From positions 124,001 through 188,000 of the IMG/VR virus record IMGVR_UViG_3300046171_000231: a stretch of 64,000 nucleotides of DNA; one strand, given 5' to 3'. Every line of letters starts with the position of its first letter. Position 1 is the stretch's first letter. The notes beneath the pieces were generated by a model. That model saw nothing but the letters and a program-made list of their open reading frames with translations, was not told where the DNA came from and searched no databases. Below are positions 40,813 through 50,743 of this stretch, piece after piece. The translations under genes and the position numbers were made by a program.

Positions 40813-41899
40813 TAGTCTCAGGCATTTCAAAGTCTGCATCTACTTTATCATATAATTCCATAAATGATTGCTTTGTTTCATCATCAAAACGATTTATGCA
40901 AACTTGAATTGCTTTTGCTTTGTTCTTAAAGATAGAGAAAGCACGAACGATGTGAACAAGTCTACGAGTGCTGATTAGGTCTTCGATACCACCATCATAG
41001 AATGTCTTACGAATAATGTCTGCCCAATCTACAAGTTTCTTGATAAACTCAGCATCTTTAACACCGATTCTATCTGCATGTAATCCAAGTAGTTTGATTT
41101 CATTATTCACACTTGGGTATGCTTGCTCAAATGTTACTGGGAATCTTTCAAGGAAGGCTTCATTGAGCACGTTAGTTCCAATAAATCTTCCGTCGTCTGA
41201 ACCCTTACCTTTAGTATTTGCGGTGGCGAGTATGTTGAATCCTCTAGCTGGCTTAACGAATCTTCCAATTTTTTTAAGAAAAACTCCATTTCCCTCAAGG
41301 ACTGATTGAAGGCAGAGAATCTTGTTAGAGGCAAGGTCGATTTCGTCAAGGAGCAAGATTGCACCTCGCTCAAGTGCTTCGATGACTGGGCCATTGTGCC
41401 ATACTGTGGCACCATCAACAAGACGGAAACCGCCAATAAGATCATCTTCATCTGTTTCAATAGTAATGTTTACACGGATAAGTTCTCTACCTAACTGAGC
41501 ACAAGCTTGTTCTACAGAGAATGTTTTACCATTACCAGATAATCCAGTAATGAATGTTGGATAGAATTGTTTTGATTGTATTACTTTCTTTACATCATTG
41601 AAGTTTCCAAACTTGAAGAATGTTTCGTCAATTGCAGGAACTAAATTCTTTTCAGATGCAGGTAATACTGCAGGAGATTGGAATGTTCTTTCAATCTGCT
41701 CTACATCTTTTTGTGTGACTTCAAGATTCCACTTACCTTTTGATACTTTGAAACTCGCTAGTTTCTTAGTAACTGTTTGATAAGTAATATCATTCATTGC
41801 ACAAAATGCTTTGATATCTGCTGTTGTAATCTCAGTACCGTATAGGTTCTTAAGTTTTTCGATTGCTTGCTCGGAAGTCATTTTAGTTTCAAAGGGCAT
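40793..41899 (-). CDS. cobS: CobS/MoxR-like AAA+ ATPase
   Basis: Walker A GLSGNGKT, Walker B LLLDEID, ATANTKG and FLERF. Confidence 0.88.
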
Positions 41900-41933
41900 A
41901 ATAATAAAAGGTTTGTTTCTTAACTATACCTAT

Positions 41934-41990
41934 ATTATAGTTAAAAAAAAGGGGTCGGTAAACCCCTTGTGTGCCAGTTTGTCAACTGGT
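41934..41990 (-). promoter_or_regulatory. Putative early-promoter element (palindrome, hairpin, -10)
   Basis: CCAGTTGACAAACTGGCAC, then AAGGGG/CCCCTT hairpin with T-run, then TATAAT. Confidence 0.6.
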
Positions 41991-42254
41991 TTACATTGTC
42001 TCCATATATTCGATATGGTCTTTCAATTGTTTAATTAGTTTTGATTTATTATGTCTTCTATCTAATTCAATACCGATTGTACGACCAAATGTTTCTAATT
42101 CTAGTTTTGACATAGAATCATAATCAAGAGGTTCTGGATTCACAGGGTCTTCTACTGAAGCAGGTGCTGTATCTTCTACTGAAGGTGTAGTAGTAACATC
42201 TTCATATGCAGAGTGAACTTCATTAGTTGATAGTAAATCTGTAAAACGTGTCAT
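41991..42254 (-). CDS. Hypothetical protein with a C-terminal Rho_N/HeH-like helix pair
   Basis: DSMSKLELETFGRTIGIELDRRHNKSKLIKQL. Confidence 0.6.
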   Translation of the reverse strand: MTRFTDLLSTNEVHSAYEDVTTTPSVEDTAPASVEDPVNPEPLDYDSMSKLELETFGRTIGIELDRRHNKSKLIKQLKDHIEYMETM

Positions 42255-42391
42255 TCTTCTGTACTTGCTTCGGGTTCTGTTGCAGGTTCCTCTGTTGGTT
42301 CTGCTTCAACCTTGGGTTCTTCCTTCGGTGCATATACTTTAGAATATGCATTCATCATGTCCTGTGCTTCTCTAGGTGTAATTCTAACCAT
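42251..42391 (-). CDS. Small Glu/Pro-rich protein (46 aa)
   Basis: MVRITPREAQDMMNAYSKVYAPKEEPKVEAEPTEE...*; ATGA overlap. Confidence 0.55.
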   Translation of the reverse strand: MVRITPREAQDMMNAYSKVYAPKEEPKVEAEPTEEPATEPEASTEE

Positions 42392-42418
42392 AATATTAAC
42401 GTAAGGTAACTTTATTTA

Positions 42419-44653
42419 TCAAGCTACCAATTCTATAAATTCACTTAATATCTTTTTATTCATCTTCTTACCCTTAAGACTTTTAGTAAATGCTCTCTTT
42501 ATCTCTGCTTTAGTTGCATCTTCTTTAACTTCAAACTCTCCATCATTATTCAAAGCAGATGATGCCATACCAAAGTAAGTGTGATATCCAGATGTAGTGA
42601 TTGCAAAAGACCTTTCCTTCTTCCAACGATGCATCATTTTTATTGATTCTGGAGTTTCATATCCACAATATCTACGAATGAATGAACCACCTTCACGACT
42701 TACAAGAACACGAATACCAATGAAATTAGTTTGTGGGAAACTATCTTTTAGATTTTCAAGTAACATATCAGTTGCTTCATATCTACCAGAGTCTTTTGAA
42801 AGATAAGTCTTACCTAACTTACGGTCACGCAATACACAACCATCACTAAAATAGTTTGTACCCATATATGGTTCATCTTCCCATTGTCTTTGAACCTCAC
42901 GATGATAACGAAGTGGTTGACTTTCTCCATCAGTAAGCACAACACATTGTACTTTCTCTGCACCAGTTCTCTTTTGAAAATCAGGAAGTAATGTGTGTAA
43001 AGTAACCATTGCTTCATTCAAAGGTGTTCCAGATAATCTATATCCATATGGCACATCTAGGTAAGGTGTATTCATATTCCAAGCAAATATACACGCAGAC
43101 CTCCAAATATTAATCATTTGTGTATCTAAATCTTTTGACCTAGTTTGATTACTAAACATATTCAATAAAGCAAATTGGTTGTTGACTTCTGCCATCATAT
43201 CCTTTGGTTCATAGAAAGTCTCTCCATTTGCATGCATAGCTGGTCTAGGATAGTCTGATGTAAATGCATATACATCATAAGGTATTTGAACTTTACGACA
43301 GAACCAGATTAGATTATAGAGTTGCTTAAGAGTATCGAGTAAAACATTGTTCATTGAACCAGACCAATCAAGTATGAATACAAGTCCGTGATTCTTACCA
43401 TCAGGAAGAACAGTAACTTTCTTGAAAAGGTCTTCACTAAATTTGTAATTGATAAGTTTAGTTGTATCAAGAACACCAGTGCGACTTGTAGTAGCACGAG
43501 CATATGCAGATGCAGACTTCTTACACTCAAACTCTTTGACAAGATAGTTTACTTCTTTCTGTGCAGACTTTTTGAATGCATAGAAGTCTTTATCTAATTC
43601 TGCAAATGGGTCATAAGATTCTGGGATTCTATCAGGATTGCAAAGTGAAGTAAAGTAGTTTGGATTTTCTTTGAACTGTTTTTGTATTCTCCAATTTAAA
43701 TTAGTCCAATGCTCATCAAATGCTTTATGTACTTTTTCATTTGAGATTACTACTTTTTTGATATCTACCTTTGGCAATTCAATGTAATGATTCTCACGAG
43801 TACCTTTGTTTACTAAATCTTTAAGTGCTTCATCAAGTGCATCCATAGTCTCAACTTCTGGTTCTTGTGGTTCATCAAGTGCCTGAGTGCCACCACTGAT
43901 TTTATCCATCATATTTTCAATCTCTTCAAGTGTTGGTTCTTGAGATTGTGGTTTCTGATAATCTAAATCTACTTCTTCTCCAGACTCTTCTGATTCTGAT
44001 TTAGGTGAACCACTTAAACCTTCATCACCTAAATCTATACCCATATCATTTTCTACTTCTTGTCTTTCTTGTCTATCTTCTTCTATCTTCTGCTTTGTTA
44101 AGTCATACAACTGCTTTGCAAGAACAAGGACTTCATCAAATGTCTCTGCTAATTCAATCTTACTTACAAGTAAATTCTCTTCAATATCAAAGTCAATATC
44201 TACAAAGTGACCAATCTTGAAGTGTAGATTAACTCTATCTGCAAGGTTTAACTCATCTAGGTCTTTGTTTTCAATCTCAAAGAAATCCTTATCTGATAAT
44301 TCGTGGTATGCATTATAGAATGTCTTGTTTAATCCTTCATATCTTCTCTTGATTAACTTTTCAATACGAGCATCTTCAACAACATTAACAAACTGTTGAG
44401 GTACTTTTACCTCTTTCCACCACTCTGTATCAGGTGTGTAGAGTGCGTGTCCAACTTCGTGACCAACTAACATATCAATTACTCCGTTACTTGCTTTCTC
44501 CCACATCGGAAGTGTAAGTACACGAGTTTGTACATTGAACTGTGCTGTTTCGACTTGCTTGTGCTCAACTACAATGTCTTCTGTGGCAAGTAACTTAGCA
44601 AGTTGTGATTTGATTTCGTGTTGGACTGTCATAATGTTGTTTGCTTTATACAT
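42419..44653 (-). CDS. CobT-like protein: N-terminal HExxH metallopeptidase-like domain plus C-terminal vWA domain
   Basis: GHEVGHAL, NVVEDARIE, MIDAS DWSGSM, GTPL and LTDGE motifs. Confidence 0.8.
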   Translation of the reverse strand: MYKANNIMTVQHEIKSQLAKLLATEDIVVEHKQVETAQFNVQTRVLTLPMWEKASNGVIDMLVGHEVGHALYTPDTEWWKEVKVPQQFVNVVEDARIEKLIKRRYEGLNKTFYNAYHELSDKDFFEIENKDLDELNLADRVNLHFKIGHFVDIDFDIEENLLVSKIELAETFDEVLVLAKQLYDLTKQKIEEDRQERQEVENDMGIDLGDEGLSGSPKSESEESGEEVDLDYQKPQSQEPTLEEIENMMDKISGGTQALDEPQEPEVETMDALDEALKDLVNKGTRENHYIELPKVDIKKVVISNEKVHKAFDEHWTNLNWRIQKQFKENPNYFTSLCNPDRIPESYDPFAELDKDFYAFKKSAQKEVNYLVKEFECKKSASAYARATTSRTGVLDTTKLINYKFSEDLFKKVTVLPDGKNHGLVFILDWSGSMNNVLLDTLKQLYNLIWFCRKVQIPYDVYAFTSDYPRPAMHANGETFYEPKDMMAEVNNQFALLNMFSNQTRSKDLDTQMINIWRSACIFAWNMNTPYLDVPYGYRLSGTPLNEAMVTLHTLLPDFQKRTGAEKVQCVVLTDGESQPLRYHREVQRQWEDEPYMGTNYFSDGCVLRDRKLGKTYLSKDSGRYEATDMLLENLKDSFPQTNFIGIRVLVSREGGSFIRRYCGYETPESIKMMHRWKKERSFAITTSGYHTYFGMASSALNNDGEFEVKEDATKAEIKRAFTKSLKGKKMNKKILSEFIELVA

Positions 44654-44655
44654 CT

Positions 44656-44710
44656 ATTATAACAACGAAACCGCCCCAAGGGACGGTCAAGTGGACACTT
44701 TATCAACTGT
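44656..44710 (-). promoter_or_regulatory. Second putative early-promoter element
   Basis: ACAGTTGATAAAGTGTCCAC, then GC hairpin, then TATAAT; same layout as 41934..41990. Confidence 0.6.
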
Positions 44711-44713
44711 CTA

Positions 44714-44932
44714 CTATCTGACTTTTTTCTCAAATTCACCAAGCTTCTTCTTACCTTTATTTAATGCTTCATATCCTTTATTGATAAGCAAATTCATAGC
44801 ATTCTTTTTCAAGTCTTTAACTTCTTTACTTTTAGCAAAGGTTTTCATTTGTGGCACTATAGTATCAGCAAATCCTTTCATAGTTGCTTTCATACTATCA
44901 ACATCTTCTTGAAATTGTGAGAATGTTTTCAT
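44714..44932 (-). CDS. Small basic protein with capsid-targeting-like N-terminus
   Basis: MKTFSQFQED start. Confidence 0.6.
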   Translation of the reverse strand: MKTFSQFQEDVDSMKATMKGFADTIVPQMKTFAKSKEVKDLKKNAMNLLINKGYEALNKGKKKLGEFEKKVR

Positions 44933-45195
44933 TTCTTTCCCTGTAATTTTTCTAAAACTGATACTTCTTGTATCGGTGCTACATCATTTAAACCATTTGC
45001 ATCAAACCACGGTGCATCTTCCCAACTAAATCCCTCACCAAAAGTATTATCAGGTGCGACAACATACCAATGACACTTTGCATCAGGTATATCTACAGCA
45101 CAAACTGCCCAATCATCTGCCCACTGAGGTACTTGAACATACATCACGGGTAAGTGATTCGCAAATAATGAAAGGATAAAGGAAAAAATAAACAT
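44929..45195 (-). CDS. Hypothetical protein with signal/TM N-terminus
   Basis: Trp/Asp-rich 88-aa ORF. Confidence 0.6.
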   Translation of the reverse strand: MFIFSFILSLFANHLPVMYVQVPQWADDWAVCAVDIPDAKCHWYVVAPDNTFGEGFSWEDAPWFDANGLNDVAPIQEVSVLEKLQGKK

Positions 45196-45398
45196 TATGC
45201 GTTCTCATTTACAGCAGTAGTATCCCAACCAGCTGTTGTTTTCTTTTCCCAAATGTATGCTACTGCTTTTGCATTCGCTTGAGAACTATATGTAGAGCGA
45301 TCAGCGTAAGATTCAGTCCAACGATTATCACCTTTGTAATAAACCGTTCCAACTCCTGCTGAAGTCATCATACTAGTTTTTTTAATATGCCAAACCAT
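45195..45398 (-). CDS. Hypothetical protein
   Basis: 67-aa ORF with TAATG coupling. Confidence 0.6.
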   Translation of the reverse strand: MVWHIKKTSMMTSAGVGTVYYKGDNRWTESYADRSTYSSQANAKAVAYIWEKKTTAGWDTTAVNENA

Positions 45399-45421
45399 TT
45401 TATCAGTTTTTTAGGTATTTA

Positions 45422-47134
45422 TTAAGAAACAACACGAGAGAAACCTTTGACTTTCTCAAACCTTATCACACTATTAAATTTATCATGTAAGTCTACTTTA
45501 TGAGATATTACAAATACATTCGCATCTTTAATTACAAACCTGATTATCTTTAAGAATTCTTCAGTTCCCATACCATCAAGAGAACTATCAAATACCTCAT
45601 CCATAATCAATAGATTAGTATTTACTGAGTTCTTAACTCTTGCAACTTCTCTCCAAGTGAATAGTAATGCTAAGTCAATACGCATCTTCTCACCTTCACT
45701 AAAAGAGCTATAAGAAAAGTTCTCGTGAATTGGAGATTCTATCGTCTCACAAAATTCCTCATCTAACTTAAAGTTGATATAGAAATCCATCATCTGCAGA
45801 TAACGATTGACCTGTTGATTAATAAGTGGTAGATATTTTTTAATTATTTTTGTCTTAACTCCGTCATCTTTCAATAGCGAATATGCAAAATCATGATAAA
45901 TGATTTCTTCTTTCTTATCTGCTATTTCTTTAAAAATGTTTTGGAGATTTTGATTAAACTCTTTTAATTTTTCATCCTCAGTATTTCTGTTTGCAAGTTG
46001 AGTGGTAAGTTTTTGAATTTCTGATTCCAAATCTCTGACCTGTCGTTGACATCCAGAAATTCGAGTATTGTTTTGAGAAATGCCATTATTGAGTTTAGTA
46101 ATCTCCTTTGAAAGTTTGGTGAAAAGATGCTCTCTTTCTTCTTCGTTTTTAATTGCTTTTTCTAGTTCTTGATAACCAGATTGCAACTCTTTTGCTTTAG
46201 TTTGAGCATCACTAATTCTATTTAAACGAAACGATTCTTCTATCTCTTGAGTGCATGTAGGACATGTTACATTATCAGTAAAGAACTTATGTTCCTTCGT
46301 AATGGTTGCTACTTTCTGACTTAATTGACCCTTATATTTGTTAAGAGTCCGTAACTTTTTATTAGTTCCTGTGACCTTTTCTTGCTCTTCAGTTAACTCT
46401 ACAACTTGATTTTCTAATCCTTGATTATTAGATGAATACTCATCTTGTTCTTCGAGGAGGGTTGTAATTTTATCTTTTTTTCCTTGAATATTTGCCTTTC
46501 CACGATTCTCCAACTCTTCAATAAACTTCTTTTGCATATCTAACTTATCTTTTATATTCTCTCTAGCTAAGTCTAAAACTCTTATCTCATCCTTCTGTTT
46601 TCTTATCTTATCACGAATAATTACATTCATCGCAGAGAAAATACGAATATCTAATAAGTCTTCAATCACTTCTCTTCGATTTGTTCCTGACAATTGCATA
46701 AAAGGAACAAAAGCACTACTACCCAGAATTACTATCTGAGTAAAGGACTTATAGTTTACTTTAAGTATATTTTCCTCTAAAATCTTTTGAGTTGCACGGT
46801 CATCTGCCTGTTTGTGCATCTTTTGACCATCAACTTCTATTTCAAATAAATTTGGTTTGATTGATCTTCTTACAAGATATTGTCTTCCACTAATATCAAA
46901 CTCAACTTCAACACAACAATCTTTCTCATTCGTTGCATTTATGAGTTGAGACTTATTAATTTTACGAAAAGGTTTATTAAACAAACTAAAAGTCAAGGCA
47001 TCCAACACAGTGGATTTACCTGTACCGTTTGTTCCTACTATCAAATTCGTTGCATTTTTTTGGAAATCTATTTCCGAAAACTGGTCTCCAGTTGACAGAA
47101 AATTCTTCCATCTAATCTTTTGAAACGTTATCAT
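45422..47134 (-). CDS. gp46: Recombination endonuclease SMC-like subunit (T4 gp46)
   Basis: GTNGTGKS, CPTC zinc hook, FSEGEK and LLIMDE motifs. Confidence 0.95.
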   Translation of the reverse strand: MITFQKIRWKNFLSTGDQFSEIDFQKNATNLIVGTNGTGKSTVLDALTFSLFNKPFRKINKSQLINATNEKDCCVEVEFDISGRQYLVRRSIKPNLFEIEVDGQKMHKQADDRATQKILEENILKVNYKSFTQIVILGSSAFVPFMQLSGTNRREVIEDLLDIRIFSAMNVIIRDKIRKQKDEIRVLDLARENIKDKLDMQKKFIEELENRGKANIQGKKDKITTLLEEQDEYSSNNQGLENQVVELTEEQEKVTGTNKKLRTLNKYKGQLSQKVATITKEHKFFTDNVTCPTCTQEIEESFRLNRISDAQTKAKELQSGYQELEKAIKNEEEREHLFTKLSKEITKLNNGISQNNTRISGCQRQVRDLESEIQKLTTQLANRNTEDEKLKEFNQNLQNIFKEIADKKEEIIYHDFAYSLLKDDGVKTKIIKKYLPLINQQVNRYLQMMDFYINFKLDEEFCETIESPIHENFSYSSFSEGEKMRIDLALLFTWREVARVKNSVNTNLLIMDEVFDSSLDGMGTEEFLKIIRFVIKDANVFVISHKVDLHDKFNSVIRFEKVKGFSRVVS

Positions 47135-47390
47135 TCTTAGGTGGTGGAACGACTATATCGTTCGGTGTGATCACAGCGTACTTATAATTATACAGCTTAC
47201 AAGTCTTTATGGCAACTGTATCTTCAATTTCTATAACATTTAAGTCAGTGTCTTCATCATCATTCAACATCATAGCATATCTTTCCGCATCATCCTCTTC
47301 CTCAAACATAAAGAGAACTTTTTCCCCATACCGATTTAAAACAGCATAGGCACCATCGTCCCGTCTGTCTTTAAGTGAAAGAAGATACAT
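47112..47390 (-). CDS. Hypothetical protein
   Basis: MYLLSLK...GAYAV...KVLFMFEEEDDAERYA. Confidence 0.65.
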   Translation of the reverse strand: MYLLSLKDRRDDGAYAVLNRYGEKVLFMFEEEDDAERYAMMLNDDEDTDLNVIEIEDTVAIKTCKLYNYKYAVITPNDIVVPPPKNDNVSKD

Positions 47391-48430
47391 TAGTCTACCT
47401 CGCAAGCTTCTGTGTATATTTTTTGTAGAATTCCTTTAATGAGAGTTTTATCTCCTTCAAACTCAGATTCATCAATATAGCGATTCAATATACCAATCGT
47501 ATTCTCAGTTTCTTCAACTTCAAAGTCTGCACTTTCTGTTAAAACAAAATTTTCAATTATCTTTAAGTCTTGAATACCAGAGTTGTATAATTTATCTATA
47601 AACTTTTCAAATTGCTTTTGGTCGGTTTTCTTCTTTACAACTACTTTAATAATCTTATCTTTAAAATCTCTAGTATCAAATAACTTATAATTCGTATCTT
47701 CATAGTAAATATTATAAAATAGTCTATAAGGGTTGTTTACGGGTTTGTGTTCAATTGTTTTGGTATCAAAGATGTGAAACCCTCTTGTGTCCATAACATC
47801 ATTCCAGTACATTTCATAAGGGTTTCCGAGATAATATATCTTTCCATTATTAGAACGAGTATGATAATGACCTGAGTAAACACGATAAAATTTATCAAAT
47901 ACCTTTGTGTCCATTCCGTGTTCCATTGTATGACCACGAGTTGCTACAAAACCATTTAATTCAAGATGACCCATTATTACATCAGCAGATGTAGTATCCA
48001 TCATCTCAAGAGTTTGTAATTTATTCTCTTCATTAATCCAAGGAAGAAACAATATATCTAATCCACCAAGATTTACAGTAGTTGGTTCTGAATAAACTTT
48101 TACATTCTCATATTCCTTTAATAAAAGTTCGACTGTATTAATTTCATTTGTATCTTTATAGTATGCAGTATGATTACCAACGATTGTATGGACTGTTATA
48201 CCCATTGCTTGCAATCGGTCATAGTAGTTCTTTTTTGACCACTCAAGCGTTGCTAGGTCAATATTACGACGATTATCAAAAGTATCACCCATATCCACAA
48301 CAGTATCAATCTTATTTTTCTCCAAGTATGGAAAAAAGGTATTATCGTAAAACTTTTTGAAATATTTGTGTATATAATCAGCACCTTTTCTTGCACCGAA
48401 GTGCTGGTCTGTAATGATTGCTAACTTTTC
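47390..48430 (-). CDS. gp47: Recombination endonuclease nuclease subunit (T4 gp47, Mre11-like); start codon appears corrupted
   Basis: ITDQHFG, MGDTFDNR, VGNHT and SGHYH phosphoesterase motifs. Confidence 0.93.
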   Translation of the reverse strand, partial: EKLAIITDQHFGARKGADYIHKYFKKFYDNTFFPYLEKNKIDTVVDMGDTFDNRRNIDLATLEWSKKNYYDRLQAMGITVHTIVGNHTAYYKDTNEINTVELLLKEYENVKVYSEPTTVNLGGLDILFLPWINEENKLQTLEMMDTTSADVIMGHLELNGFVATRGHTMEHGMDTKVFDKFYRVYSGHYHTRSNNGKIYYLGNPYEMYWNDVMDTRGFHIFDTKTIEHKPVNNPYRLFYNIYYEDTNYKLFDTRDFKDKIIKVVVKKKTDQKQFEKFIDKLYNSGIQDLKIIENFVLTESADFEVEETENTIGILNRYIDESEFEGDKTLIKGILQKIYTEACEVD

Positions 48431-48905
48431 TATTTGAGGACTTGTACTGAATATTATCTTTAATTGTATTATAATCAGAACTACTACCTGCCATTGCACT
48501 ATCATCAACTGTCATCACTTCTTCAAATCCTGTCTTCTCAATTATCTTTGTTTTAATTTCTAATTGCTTCTTTTCCTTCTGTATTCTTCTTAGAAATGCA
48601 TAGTGTATGATTTGAGTAAAGTAAGCAAATGGATTTCTTGACTTCTCTGGGTCAAAGTTATGAATATACTGAACACAATTCTCTATTCCATCAGATATCA
48701 TATCATCACGAAACATATAGTTTACAAAGTTTGGTTTATATGATAAGTGTGTGGCAATCTTTAAAAAACAAGAACCTAAGTAATTTGTAATGCGTGGTTT
48801 AGGTAAATCATTTTCCTTTGCTTCTTTTACCTGTGCACGATATACAATTAATGCTTCTAACAGTTCACGATTATTTACATAATGCTCTGATTTTTTCTTT
48901 GCCAT
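48378..48905 (-). CDS. gp55: Late-transcription sigma factor (T4 gp55); native stop appears lost near 48428
   Basis: HYVNNREL...IATHLSYKPNFVNY...DMISDGIENC...NPFAYFTQI. Confidence 0.93.
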   Translation of the reverse strand: MAKKKSEHYVNNRELLEALIVYRAQVKEAKENDLPKPRITNYLGSCFLKIATHLSYKPNFVNYMFRDDMISDGIENCVQYIHNFDPEKSRNPFAYFTQIIHYAFLRRIQKEKKQLEIKTKIIEKTGFEEVMTVDDSAMAGSSSDYNTIKDNIQYKSSNRKVSNHYRPALRCKKRC

Positions 48906-48927
48906 ATACCTGACTTAATATATTGAT

Positions 48928-48956
48928 AGTATAACATATTTTATAAGACTTGACAA
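48928..48956 (-). promoter_or_regulatory. Sigma70-type promoter for gp55
   Basis: TTGTCA-17 nt-TATACT with TG extension. Confidence 0.7.
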
Positions 48957-49657
48957 GTTACTACTGATTCAAGATAAAATTTGCTACATTATTATATTCA
49001 TCAGTTGTTAACTCAGTTTTATTAGTATTACGTATATTAAAAGACATTATAATTCTTTCACCATCTGTGGGTGGAACTTCATGTTGTGTTTGAGGTGAAA
49101 ACAAAACTAAAGAGTCATTCTTCGGATAAACTGGTTTTTGACCATCAAATATTATTGGAGATGCATTATCTTCAACATAAGCATAATAACATCCTGATAT
49201 AAGAAATCCATCTAATAAGTTACCATGATCATGCTTCACTGTAAAGTTACCTTTCCGATAATGTGCTACCCAGAACTCTCCTACCTCTAAAACTTCTTTT
49301 GTAGAAAATAACTTATTATATAAATTTTGAGAATATTGTAATATCAAATTTAAATAGTTTGAAAATATATCAGTTAGTAAATGAGTTTCGTATACACTAG
49401 CCCAAGCTTTTACATTTGACTCCATTCCAACTGGATTTTCTCTCTCATAATCTATTATTAAATCTTTAATATGATTACTTCTATCTTTACCAAATAAATT
49501 GGTAGTCATTGATGTAGGAAGAAGATTTGATTTATTATACAACTTAGCTAACTTTGCAAGTTTATCATTAGTCAGATAACCTTCATCATACAAATGTGTA
49601 TACTGTTGTACTATTTGGTCAATGTTTATCTGCTTTTTCTCACTCACTTGACAAGTT
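48948..49657. repeat. 12-bp direct repeat ACTTGACAAGTT (48948-48959 and 49646-49657) flanking one gene
   Basis: Identical 12-mers at both ends of ORF 48961..49647. Confidence 0.8.
48961..49647 (-). CDS. 2OG-Fe(II) oxygenase-like protein (TIGR02466-like)
   Basis: FWVAHY..G..TVKHDH...SGCYY...FSPQTQHEV...RIIMSFN. Confidence 0.75.
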   Translation of the reverse strand: MSEKKQINIDQIVQQYTHLYDEGYLTNDKLAKLAKLYNKSNLLPTSMTTNLFGKDRSNHIKDLIIDYERENPVGMESNVKAWASVYETHLLTDIFSNYLNLILQYSQNLYNKLFSTKEVLEVGEFWVAHYRKGNFTVKHDHGNLLDGFLISGCYYAYVEDNASPIIFDGQKPVYPKNDSLVLFSPQTQHEVPPTDGERIIMSFNIRNTNKTELTTDEYNNVANFILNQ

Positions 49658-49676
49658 CCATAAATTTATGTACAAT
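49648..49676 (+). promoter_or_regulatory. Sigma70-type promoter pointing antisense into 49692..50108
   Basis: TTGACA-17 nt-TACAAT on the plus strand. Confidence 0.55.
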
Positions 49677-49691
49677 AACCTTTGTAGAGGT

Positions 49692-50108
49692 TCAAGGGTT
49701 GTTAGGCTTATCTATATTATTCTTAAAGATATTCTCAAGGCTCTCACGAGCATCTTCAACTGTAGTCAATAATCCCATCTTATTATTTAAGGATACTTGA
49801 CCATCAATTTCAATATCAATATCATCTTCATTTAAATATCTGGTATAAAATTTAATCATCTGTTCATCAGTTACTTCAGACATCGTAATAATTTTATCAT
49901 ACTTTATTAAAAATAAATCTTGATCTGGTAACTCTAACCAAGGTTTGACTTTAACATATTTTCCTGCAGGACTAGAAAGCATTTTCATTATTACTGGATT
50001 TGAAAGCATGATAATAGAGTCTCCATCATTCTCATCGACAGAAACAAGTGAGAAGATTTCCTCCCCTGTAATAAGTTTTAGAACTGCGTGAAATTCGTCT
50101 CCCATCAT
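49692..50108 (-). CDS. Conserved phage hypothetical protein (Sm-like fold)
   Basis: AVLKLITGEEIFS...NPV...VKPWL pattern. Confidence 0.7.
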   Translation of the reverse strand: MMGDEFHAVLKLITGEEIFSLVSVDENDGDSIIMLSNPVIMKMLSSPAGKYVKVKPWLELPDQDLFLIKYDKIITMSEVTDEQMIKFYTRYLNEDDIDIEIDGQVSLNNKMGLLTTVEDARESLENIFKNNIDKPNNP

Positions 50109-50743
50109 ACTCCTATATTATAATTGACAATGCATCTAGTATTACTATTTATAGGTTGTTTTGCTGCGTGATATAACCGACCATCAAATATAACCATTCG
50201 TCCTTGTTTTGGTGTTACACTTTCTTTTATAGTATATTTTTCATTAGGAAGTTCCTCTCTTTCATTGTATATGACAGTATCACCATCACTATCACAAACA
50301 TAATAAAGAGCCACCATAAAATTAATATCCTCTTCTATATCAATATGTGCTGTATCTATTGTTCCGTCCGTGTTTATTGGAAATTGTAAAAAAGAACGTC
50401 CTTGAAGAACTTGTACATTAGAAAGTCCTAGTTTTAAACCAACTCTTTGTAGCATAGGTACAAATAATTCATGATAGTCACTATGTACCCTACCTAGTAA
50501 GTTAGGTTTATGAGGTTCATAATTATCTTCTGTCCATTCTTTAGGTAGGTTAACATATTGATGAGAAAGACCAGGTCTATGTTTACTATCATCATCAAAA
50601 GCTACTGTAACATCTTCAATATAATGCCAAGGAAACTGTAGTCCAGTATGATCTATTCCACCAAGTAATTCTGTTTTTATTTTATTTTGATAATCTTTTT
50701 CAATAAAGTCATCAATGACCATAATTTGATTTTTAAATTTCAT
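50105..50743 (-). CDS. 2OG-Fe(II) oxygenase superfamily protein
   Basis: AHID (HxD)...YYVCDSDGDT...PKQGRMVIFDGRLYHA...RCIVNYN. Confidence 0.85.
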   Translation of the reverse strand: MKFKNQIMVIDDFIEKDYQNKIKTELLGGIDHTGLQFPWHYIEDVTVAFDDDSKHRPGLSHQYVNLPKEWTEDNYEPHKPNLLGRVHSDYHELFVPMLQRVGLKLGLSNVQVLQGRSFLQFPINTDGTIDTAHIDIEEDINFMVALYYVCDSDGDTVIYNEREELPNEKYTIKESVTPKQGRMVIFDGRLYHAAKQPINSNTRCIVNYNIGV

